Source of the DNA: Bacillota bacterium
Lineage (GTDB): Bacteria; Bacillota; Desulfitobacteriia; Desulfitobacteriales; JAJXUE01
Assembly: GCA_021811155.1 (NCBI GenBank)
Contig: JAJZPO010000003.1
Span: 5,697 to 69,696 of the forward strand
Direction of reading: 5' to 3'
DNA: 64,000 nucleotides
Below the pieces are notes generated by a model. That model ran no database searches, was not told where the DNA came from, and saw nothing but the letters and a program-made list of their open reading frames with translations. This document shows positions 1 through 7,348 of this stretch, in pieces; the first letter of the stretch is position 1; each line of letters starts with the position of its first letter. The position numbers were made by a program, and so were the translations under genes.

Positions 1-541
1 TGGAGATGTTATCCAGCCTAGGCTGGCAGATGGTCATTCGCACCTTTTGGATGTCGTAAAGGTTGTCGAACAGAGCCAAAGCACCAAGGGCGTAGAGCAT
101 CATCTGGGGGTTATGCTCAGCTGATACCATGATCCCTTTGCCATATTTGAGATCCACGACATCCAGTATTCCATCGGCCACTATAACTAGGTCTCCGGTG
201 CCAAATCCCTCGGGTACGTAGTGGGAGAAGTCCAGCCTCTGTTCGACAAGAGTGATCGGATCATTGGACCGCAGATATGCCTCTGATATAAGCTCGCAGG
301 CATATGCAACATAAGCGTCTGTATAGTCCTCAAGCTCCTGCGAGTCATACCGGCTCACTGGCCGCTTTGATGACAGCTTTAGAAACTCCCTCAGTTTATG
401 TTCCGCCAAAGCGTGAGCGGCTGTTCCCTCGGCGGCATAGTCATTTGCACTGTCTGCAAAACCTTCCTCAAGCCTTGCCGAGGGAGGGCAATTGAGCCAT
501 CGATGAGAGCTCGAGGCCGACAGTAATGCATGTTCTCCCAT
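1..541 (-). CDS. PD-(D/E)XK nuclease, DUF2800-like (phage Cas4-like); N-terminal part only, gene runs off the window start
   Basis: My own translation of the minus strand from ATG 541-539 (TAATG overlap with the upstream stop) stays open to position 1: MGEHALLSASSSHRWLNCPPSARL...GTGDLVIVADGILDVVDLKYGKGIMVSAEHNPQMMLYALGALALF. The D-x-DLKYGKG and QMMLYALGA blocks match the nuclease core I recall for DUF2800 phage proteins. It is not in the ORF track because it has no stop inside the window. Confidence 0.6.
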   Translation of the reverse strand, partial: MGEHALLSASSSHRWLNCPPSARLEEGFADSANDYAAEGTAAHALAEHKLREFLKLSSKRPVSRYDSQELEDYTDAYVAYACELISEAYLRSNDPITLVEQRLDFSHYVPEGFGTGDLVIVADGILDVVDLKYGKGIMVSAEHNPQMMLYALGALALFDNLYDIQKVRMTICQPRLDNIS

Positions 542-873
542 TAAAGAGACTCCGCATCTTTTATCAAGTTGGCAAATTTGGCTGGATCAATCGCCGTCAA
601 CTTAGTTGCTCCATACTTCTGCAGCAATTGTCCCACCTCAGCCTTTTTGCCAGCCTGGGATTTGGCTGCAAGTACCGCTCGGACTTGTTCCAGGGTTACT
701 GGCTTATCTTCATTTTGTTCTGTTTCCGTGGCTGAGGTATCCTCACTTGTAGATGTCGTAGGCTCGTTATGCCTTGGCATACTGCTTGGGTTATTTTCCA
801 ACACTTCGGCCAGTCTGTTCAGTGCTGCGATTAGTTTGGCGGCCTGGTCGATAGTGATTGTCACACTTATCAT
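541..873 (-). CDS. hypothetical phage-associated protein (110 aa)
   Basis: From the ORF track. Its stop overlaps the ATG of the downstream nuclease gene. An acidic Ser/Thr-rich linker is followed by a helical C-terminus (VTLEQVRAVLAAKSQAGKKAEVGQLLQKYGATKL). No catalytic motif recognised. Confidence 0.5.
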   Translation of the reverse strand: MISVTITIDQAAKLIAALNRLAEVLENNPSSMPRHNEPTTSTSEDTSATETEQNEDKPVTLEQVRAVLAAKSQAGKKAEVGQLLQKYGATKLTAIDPAKFANLIKDAESL

Positions 874-889
874 TGCTTACTCCTTGTTA

Positions 890-1303
890 TCATTTTTGTG
901 GTATACTTTTTCTGATATATTTCTGTTTAGGCTCGCTTGGTGTTGCTGCACCGGCGGCCTTTTTTTGTTGTGGCCCATAACGATCCAGCTGTTCGCATCT
1001 GTCGTTATAGTACTGAATTGGAATACCGAGTCGCTGAGCAGCCTTTATTTCAGCTTCCATGCCCTCGGAGATTCTAGTCCCGAAAACCCACACCTCGTCA
1101 CAGCGGTTTAGCATATGCAAGCCCAGGAGCATACCCGCTCGACGTTCTTCAGAGACGTTGTCATCCAGGAATTGTGTGTTGTGTAGGTGTACAGCTATCG
1201 GCACTGCCCCTTTAGAATATATAAAGCGGCAATAGCCTTGTGCCTTAGCGGTGTTGTACTCCACGTTTCCTTTGTACGGACTGCATACATAAACCATTTT
1301 CAT
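890..1303 (-). CDS. nucleoside 2-deoxyribosyltransferase-like / DUF4406-like protein (tentative)
   Basis: ORF track 890-1366. I prefer the ATG at 1303, which is preceded by GGAGGG (reverse complement of 1311-1316). MKMVYVCSPYKG...AVPIAVHL...CDEVWVFGTRISEGMEAEIKAAQRLGIPI resembles phage DUF4406 proteins as I remember them. Confidence 0.5.
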   Translation of the reverse strand: MKMVYVCSPYKGNVEYNTAKAQGYCRFIYSKGAVPIAVHLHNTQFLDDNVSEERRAGMLLGLHMLNRCDEVWVFGTRISEGMEAEIKAAQRLGIPIQYYNDRCEQLDRYGPQQKKAAGAATPSEPKQKYIRKSIPQK

Positions 1304-1518
1304 ACTGCTACCCTCCTTTCTTTGGTAGTGAAGGTTGCCACGCTTTCGCCTGGAAATTGATAACATAGCCTTGACAATAGCTTGCGGCCTGGCCCTCTTT
1401 TACCGGATAGGGCATTTGACAAGGTGCCTCTTGCTACCCCCAACCGGCGGGCCAATTCATTCTGGCTCCAGCCGTTTTGCTCCAAAAGCTTTACTATCAG
1501 GCCTTTGTTCAAATGCAT
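1300..1518 (-). CDS. small HTH DNA-binding protein, Cro/Xre-like
   Basis: 72 aa. GWSQNELARRLGVARGTLSNALSG is a helix-turn-helix signature. It is divergent from a second HTH gene across an AT-rich spacer. Confidence 0.6.
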   Translation of the reverse strand: MHLNKGLIVKLLEQNGWSQNELARRLGVARGTLSNALSGKRGPGRKLLSRLCYQFPGESVATFTTKERRVAV

Positions 1519-1770
1519 ACCTCTGAGCCCCCTTTCAATGTTTGGGACAGCGTATTTGTGCCTTCCTGTTTTACTGTTTCATTGCAGCTCCCATCCCCTT
1601 TCGGAAAAATAAAAAGCCCCTTGGACGGAACCAAGAGACTTATTAGCATAGAAGAATACTTTAAAGGCCAAAATAGCGTAAATAGATAGCTTTTAATGTA
1701 TATAATGTTGATAATTGGATAATTATATAGGTTGTGTATTTGTAAATATAATACTTTACATATTCACAAA

Positions 1771-2229
1771 ATGATACAGGGAAGCACTGGAAAGAAAGCT
1801 GGTAGACAAGTGGCTAGCGATGATTTTGAGAAAGAAAAAGAGCAACTTTTAAAACACTTTGAGGCCGGAAGATACATGAAAACATTACGTGGCGATCGCT
1901 CCTTAGCTGAGGTTTGTAAGTCTTTGGAGGTCAGCACGAATTATCTTAGCAGTGTGGAAAGAGGTCAACCTCCCTCGGATCGGTTCATTTCCCTGGCGGC
2001 TGAATTCTATGGTATTGATGAAGACAGTCTGTTTATTCTTTGGGGGAAAGTGCCGATTTTAGCCAAAGAGGAAATCCGGGAGAATGAGTCTTTACAGCGC
2101 ACTTTATCTGAAATCAGGCGTAACTCTAAGCTGACAGATGAACAAAAGCAAAATCTGTACGATAGCATTTATAAGACTTATCGCAAGTTTATTAACGACC
2201 TTGAAAAGAAGGGGGGACGGCGCAAATAG
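1771..2229 (+). CDS. XRE-family HTH repressor, cI-like
   Basis: ORF track 1732-2229 (TTG start); ATG at 1771 preferred. RSLAEVCKSLEVSTNYLSSVERGQ is an XRE-type HTH. TATAAT at 1747-1752 lies just upstream. Confidence 0.65.
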   Translation: MIQGSTGKKAGRQVASDDFEKEKEQLLKHFEAGRYMKTLRGDRSLAEVCKSLEVSTNYLSSVERGQPPSDRFISLAAEFYGIDEDSLFILWGKVPILAKEEIRENESLQRTLSEIRRNSKLTDEQKQNLYDSIYKTYRKFINDLEKKGGRRK

Positions 2230-2657
2230 TGTTTTACAATATTTTTCTCGAAATTATGAGTTTCTTAGAAAGGACTTTCGGTTATGTAGGAGCCATCAGG
2301 ATAAAAGATTCTGCTGACTATGTCGTAGGTGTCCTTTTTGGTGCATTTGTCCTGATTTGGCTAATGGCGGATTTCTATCTGCATGTTGACATCGGTGAGG
2401 ACTTACCCCCAAACGTCGCAATAGTTAAAGCTGGAGACGGTGAAGAAGTTAGATTTTATACAAACCCTCAACGGATTCACGAGGTTGTTGAATCATTTGT
2501 CGGTTATATAATTCTTAGACGCCTTCCACATGAGGACACCATACGTTTTCGGAATTTGAAGATTATAACTTTCGTACTGACTTTGATTATGGCTCTGCTG
2601 TTCCTCACCGGGGTACTAATGTCGTTTTGGGATTACTTACCTAGAGCCGGGCATTAA
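2229..2657 (+). CDS. membrane protein of unknown function (2 predicted TM segments)
   Basis: The GTG start overlaps the stop of the repressor gene (TAGTG). Hydrophobic stretches YVVGVLFGAFVLIWLMADFYL and IITFVLTLIMALLFLTGVLMSFW. Alternative ATG at 2256. Confidence 0.5.
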   Translation: MFYNIFLEIMSFLERTFGYVGAIRIKDSADYVVGVLFGAFVLIWLMADFYLHVDIGEDLPPNVAIVKAGDGEEVRFYTNPQRIHEVVESFVGYIILRRLPHEDTIRFRNLKIITFVLTLIMALLFLTGVLMSFWDYLPRAGH

Positions 2658-2756
2658 AAAAGGCCCAGCAATATTTCTATACTGCCGAGCCAATCAAAAT
2701 CTGGCACAAATATCTATCCCCTAAAGTGGTAAAGATGTAACCAAGGAGGGTTTGAA

Positions 2757-3017
2757 ATGGATGACTATGTTTTCCGGCGGGAACTTGATCTTTCAACAGA
2801 CCTACCAGAGATGATTGTACAACTGAAAACTGGTCGTCAGTTCCGCAAAATGGATGTAGCCAGGAAAAAGAAACTGTATGATGAATGTTATGCAATTGCG
2901 AAAAATTTCTTCCTTTCGGACTATATCTCTGACGAGGATAAACAAGAGATTGAAGACGCTGCTATGGAGCAAATCTTAGTACGTGGCCGGCAGGAATGGG
3001 AAAAAACTTTGCAGTAA
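2757..3017 (+). CDS. hypothetical protein (86 aa)
   Basis: ORF with AAGGAGGG 6 nt upstream of the ATG, followed by a hairpin terminator. No motif recognised. Confidence 0.45.
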   Translation: MDDYVFRRELDLSTDLPEMIVQLKTGRQFRKMDVARKKKLYDECYAIAKNFFLSDYISDEDKQEIEDAAMEQILVRGRQEWEKTLQ

Positions 3018-3066
3018 AATCCGACTTATCCGGACAAAGTTTCCGGGGAACTGAAGAATAGTTAAA

Positions 3067-3094
3067 GCCGCCTACTCCAAACAGGCGGCATTTT
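3067..3094. terminator. hairpin between convergent genes (candidate bidirectional terminator)
   Basis: GCCGCCT (3067-3073) pairs with AGGCGGC (3083-3089). It is followed by ATTTT on the plus strand and TTT on the minus strand. Confidence 0.45.
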
Positions 3095-3160
3095 CCATTC
3101 ACCCACTAACTCTGTTAACCAAGACATACAATTAAACGCCGACAGGGTTGCCCGTGACCC

Positions 3161-3358
3161 TTATTTTTCATTCCCATATGGAATCTCTATCAATGTTCCA
3201 TCAACCGAACAACGGTAGATTTTTCCGATTAGCTTATCTGGAAATGCTGAATTGCCGCCTAACGATCTGCCCGCACGCTCAAGAGCATAACCACCACACT
3301 TTGGACATTGTTTCTTATTAGTTTTTATGGGTTCTGGCCAATCGCTCTTAGACTCCAT
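3161..3358 (-). CDS. small zinc-ribbon protein (65 aa)
   Basis: CPKCGG ... YRCSVDG pattern, with GGAGGGA-type RBS context upstream (reverse complement of 3363-3372). Confidence 0.45.
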   Translation of the reverse strand: MESKSDWPEPIKTNKKQCPKCGGYALERAGRSLGGNSAFPDKLIGKIYRCSVDGTLIEIPYGNEK

Positions 3359-3534
3359 TCCAGTCCCTCCTTTGAGTTATCCCTTCGACACAAGGAAGGG
3401 TTTCCCTGCCGACAAAAGATCAGGCAACGCATTATTATCCATGAATTGGCAATAATATAGTCGCATTAAAGTACGTGGGGGCGGCTTCATTATCCTTTAG
3501 CCGTCCTTGCGAAAAAAAAGGAGAGCAAAAGGAA

Positions 3535-3807
3535 ATGGATTCTCTGAGTGAAAAGCTAGAAAAACTTGGTGTAGGTGATACTTTACCAGCGACAAAGAAG
3601 CCAAGGAAACCAAGGACGTCCAAGTTATCGCAACCCCAGGAAATTATTCAGGTTGTTTTACCCGCCGAAACCCCGGCTACAGATTCCGCAGAAATCACAT
3701 TGCGTCGGGAGTTTTCCGGAGATGACATGGCTGAATTAATTGGGAAGTTGCTAGCAGGACCAGAGCATGTTTACATTGCTGAATTGAAAATCACACAAAC
3801 CAAATAA
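3535..3807 (+). CDS. hypothetical protein (about 90 aa)
   Basis: ORF track 3475-3807. ATG at 3535 preferred because AAAGGAGAGCAAAAGGAA precedes it. Followed by a terminator. Confidence 0.4.
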   Translation: MDSLSEKLEKLGVGDTLPATKKPRKPRTSKLSQPQEIIQVVLPAETPATDSAEITLRREFSGDDMAELIGKLLAGPEHVYIAELKITQTK

Positions 3808-3813
3808 AAATAG

Positions 3814-3875
3814 CCCGTACCAGTCCCTTACATTTAGAGCAATCTCATTGTACGAATGGTACGGGTAGTTTTTTT
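3814..3875 (+). terminator. rho-independent terminator candidate
   Basis: CCCGTACCA (3814-3822) pairs with TGGTACGGG (3857-3865), followed by TAGTTTTTTT. The loop is unusually long. Confidence 0.45.
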
Positions 3876-4320
3876 CGGACATATTTAGATTTAGCAGAGC
3901 ATTGATTCAGGTAGCATCCGAGCGATTAATTTGACAAGGCCCGCCTGGCATCAAACCGGCGGTCTAATTGGTGTTGGCCGCAGAAGTGACATTGATGGAT
4001 GACTTGACCAGTTTAATTTTGGTACCCGTTGGTTTGAGCAAATCCAGGTGGACACCGAATCCGGCAACATCTGGACAGTTTAATTGACACAGCCTGGTGC
4101 CCTTCTCGTCTGTTAAAAGGGTACCAGTAAGTTTACTAACTCGACAAAGTATCCGGCTGCGTGCGTTACCTGTCCGGATGTCGCCGGAATTAGTGTCCGA
4201 ATGCGTCCGAAATACGCACGGTAGCTACCGAACCGCAGCATTGACTGTCGAATCTTTCCCAGAAGCCTCGCTTCCTTTCACAGGACAACCCATCCATGCA
4301 ATGATAAAATCCACCTACCA

Positions 4321-4686
4321 ATGACGACGGACAGGTGGATCGCAATGCTATCAAAACAAAACCATGCAATTGTTATCCTCACCGGTGTATTCTTTATTTT
4401 AAGTGTCTTGGATGCAGTGTCGACCCTATGGGGAATTAACCTTGGTTTGATCACTGAAGGCAACCCGGTAATGCAGTTGCTTATAGGTCTCGGCCCGTCG
4501 GTGTTCTTGACAGTGAAATTAGCTCAACCGGTCCTCGTTGGACTATTTTGCTGGATGATTAGGTTCAAGCGCCCCTGGGCTTCGGTGTTTATATTGTGGT
4601 TCGCGATTGCTGTTTACTCGCTGGTTACATTGGTTCATTTTTATTGGGTGACCCCGGCTGTAAGTATGTTGGGGTTTATCGACTAA
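4321..4686 (+). CDS. small integral membrane protein, DUF5658-like
   Basis: Four hydrophobic segments. ILSVLDAVSTLWGINLGLITEGNPVM resembles the DUF5658 signature as I recall it. Confidence 0.5.
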   Translation: MTTDRWIAMLSKQNHAIVILTGVFFILSVLDAVSTLWGINLGLITEGNPVMQLLIGLGPSVFLTVKLAQPVLVGLFCWMIRFKRPWASVFILWFAIAVYSLVTLVHFYWVTPAVSMLGFID

Positions 4687-4853
4687 TTCCAAACAAAAAA
4701 GTTCGGTATACTGGGCAGCCTACCCACATCAAGTTCAATGTCAAAAAATATCCACATTTTCGACCAAGGGAGACGAGGAAATGAACCTTGAGCACATTTT
4801 TCATCTATCTTACCCTCCATCTTCTGGGAGGGGTACACGAAACGATTAGTGAG

Positions 4854-4880
4854 GACACCTGTAAACGGTGTTTTATTTTA
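4854..4880 (+). terminator. weak terminator candidate
   Basis: GACACC (4854-4859) pairs with GGTGTT (4867-4872), followed by TTTATTTTA. The stem is short. Confidence 0.3.
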
Positions 4881-5156
4881 TATACATACTGCATAAGTTG
4901 GAGGTCAGTGGGGATAAATTGAGGACGTTTATGTCAAAATTATCTCTTTTTATGCACTGCACCAGCACTTGGCCTCTTCCGTGTGAATTTCAGGTGATAC
5001 TTCCTAACCAATGCTGACTGATTCTGATAACCCGTATTTAAGAGGCATGTCTGGATTCGACCAACACATATATACTATTTAATCCTGCATTTTCCTGACC
5101 TAGGTGTGGTCAAATATAATTGGCTTTAAGATCTCATTTACTCCTAATGAACAGCC

Positions 5157-5900
5157 CTAAGCTGATAACATATCTTTTAATTCGTTTGAACCAACGAGTT
5201 TAAAAAAGAAATCCTTTACTTTGTAATCTGCAAGTCTCATTTCTATAGAGTCTCTTGTTTCGAGAAAAACAAAAAACAATTCATAGGAAACCCCCAATCT
5301 CGATAGCTGAGTGTCTAGTTCACTCATGTACTTAATCTCTTTACATTGAATAGTAGCTGGTTGAACCTTGCACTCATAAAACCTACCATGGCGTCCGTCC
5401 CAAAAACCAACGTCAACTGTAGAACGGTCGTGACATGATGGATAAGGTTTTGGAGACTCCGTACATCGATAAATAACATCTCGCTTACGGTCATCGGACT
5501 CAGTGATAATTACCTTAGCTCCCCATCCGAAGTTTTCGGGGTTGGTTTTAAAATTTTTATCTATGTATGCCAAAACGAAGGCCTCTACTATGGCCCCCCT
5601 TAAATCGTTAATGGCCTTATCGTCCTTACACTGGTTGAACCAATTTGAAACCAGGGCAGTTATTTTACTAGATTTACCCTTATAGATGTGGCTAAATCTT
5701 TCAGTCCAGGACTTTATGTCATTGTCCAAAGTAGCTTTTGTCCACCGTTTTGAGATTACAATCAACCGAAAAAAATCCTTAAGATACTCCCTCTTGGTTC
5801 GAAAATGTATTGAAAATTCCTTCACCGCTTGTTCAATATAATCTTCTTTATAGTCTGTGCGCACAAACGTGATAAGGCTTAGGTTGGGACGTTGGCTCAT
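5157..5900 (-). CDS. PD-(D/E)xK nuclease-like protein (247 aa), unknown family
   Basis: ORF track. Ordered motif residues: E in RGAIVEAFVLAY; D in TVDVGFWDG (nt 5394-5417); E-x-K in FYECKV (nt 5364-5378). The start overlaps the upstream gene's stop (ATGA). Confidence 0.55.
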   Translation of the reverse strand: MSQRPNLSLITFVRTDYKEDYIEQAVKEFSIHFRTKREYLKDFFRLIVISKRWTKATLDNDIKSWTERFSHIYKGKSSKITALVSNWFNQCKDDKAINDLRGAIVEAFVLAYIDKNFKTNPENFGWGAKVIITESDDRKRDVIYRCTESPKPYPSCHDRSTVDVGFWDGRHGRFYECKVQPATIQCKEIKYMSELDTQLSRLGVSYELFFVFLETRDSIEMRLADYKVKDFFFKLVGSNELKDMLSA

Positions 5901-7111
5901 TGTGAGTCTTCACCTTCTTTGTTGGCGATCAAGGACTGTAGGACATCCATGGTTGGTATCGTGTATGGCGTCAACTTCATTCTGGCCATAGTTGAGGCTA
6001 CGCATTCCCGAGCATACGGCATTAGTAGCGGAACCACCTGGTCATTGAGATAGTTCTGAAACTCTTGCTCAGAAATTTCGGAGGTACTTATACAAATACC
6101 CTTATAAACAAGATTAAACGAAAACAGCGGTTTTTCTTCTTTAGTCGCAACCGTGGTCTTTAAAAGAATTTCGGCATTTTTGCTGTCACGTAACGTCACA
6201 GCCCTCGAGAATTTCAGTTCCACCTCCACTTTTTGTTTTGTCACTTCGTTCTTAATACATTCTAGGGCGACTAATTCAACATCCACTAGCTGGACACTAT
6301 TACGGATAACCTTATAATACTCAAGCAATCCATATCCCCTCCAATTATTCTTAGCCATAAAAAAAGGGCCCTGCTCATTCGCAGTACCCTTGACTTTCGA
6401 CAGTTCTATACTTTTTTCCTCTAAAATTAAGTGGTAAAATTCTTGGAAAGAATGCTTTGAATACGGTGAGTTGTCAACCACTTTTGACCATAAAGCCTCA
6501 AAGAGAATTGCATCTATTTCAGATGTCCATCGAAAATGACCTTCGGTAGTCTCATTTATTTCGGTCTGCCTTCTAACATAGTGGTCAATAATTTTACCTG
6601 ACAATTCGCTATAATCACGGAAATAAACATCCGAAAAAATAATCTCAGTTTCATCGAAAGGGAAATAAGCATTCTCTGCACCCAAAACACGATCTGGCAA
6701 GTCGCTAATAATATCGACCAGACAAGCCCGAACATCATCCGGATAAATAAAGTCTAGTTCTTTTTCAAGAACATAATGCTCATACTCAATTTGTGCTTTC
6801 AAATGCTCGCTATCCGGAATAGGTTGATTAAAAACTTTATATAAACATGGTAAACCCTTTTTCTCAAACCAATCGATGAAAACTCCATCGCCACCAGAAT
6901 GGTCCTTTTCCCGGACAACACTAATAAGCTCCCGGGCGCTACTTATGTTATTGACATGGAAATAAGCACAAATAGCTTTTGAATAAAGTCCCAGTAGTTG
7001 TTCAAGTGATTCAGTAGTTTGGTTGTATTGAGCGGTCGTGTTTTCTACTCCAAACCATTCATATATGCTCATAGCTTGCCTTCGCCTTTCATCCATAATT
7101 TGGGCAGACAA
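5897..7111 (-). CDS. fusion protein: unknown N-terminal domain + C-terminal SecB-like domain (404 aa)
   Basis: ORF track (TTG start at 7111; alternative ATGs at 7096 and 7072, the latter preceded by GAAAGGCGAAGG). The C-terminal LFSFNLVYKGICIS...VVPLLMPYARECVASTMARMKLTPYTIPTMDV aligns by eye with E. coli SecB ...[29 protein letters not shown]. Confidence 0.55.
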   Translation of the reverse strand: MSAQIMDERRRQAMSIYEWFGVENTTAQYNQTTESLEQLLGLYSKAICAYFHVNNISSARELISVVREKDHSGGDGVFIDWFEKKGLPCLYKVFNQPIPDSEHLKAQIEYEHYVLEKELDFIYPDDVRACLVDIISDLPDRVLGAENAYFPFDETEIIFSDVYFRDYSELSGKIIDHYVRRQTEINETTEGHFRWTSEIDAILFEALWSKVVDNSPYSKHSFQEFYHLILEEKSIELSKVKGTANEQGPFFMAKNNWRGYGLLEYYKVIRNSVQLVDVELVALECIKNEVTKQKVEVELKFSRAVTLRDSKNAEILLKTTVATKEEKPLFSFNLVYKGICISTSEISEQEFQNYLNDQVVPLLMPYARECVASTMARMKLTPYTIPTMDVLQSLIANKEGEDSQ

Positions 7112-7348
7112 GATACGGATGTAGTAATCAATATGTTACTATATTTCTGCTTATTCCTCAAGGAGAAATTTCAAGGCTAGGATATAGTATGCCCCTACCC
7201 ATTTTTAATTACACATCTTTTAATATATTTTCTACGTAAAGTTAGAGCTTCCTGCACAAAATAGCTATATTTTTGGGTTTTTGTATATTTTTTTGTCGAG
7301 TTTTTCGTCGATAGGCGCGTTCTCTGCATGTCTAATAAATCTATTGGC

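Noticed and set aside
4097-4463. Track ORFs 4097-4324 (plus) and 4278-4463 (minus) in the non-coding stretch before the DUF5658 gene.
   Set aside because: They overlap each other and the better-supported membrane-protein gene, and have no RBS or motif. The region is treated as non-coding or structured.
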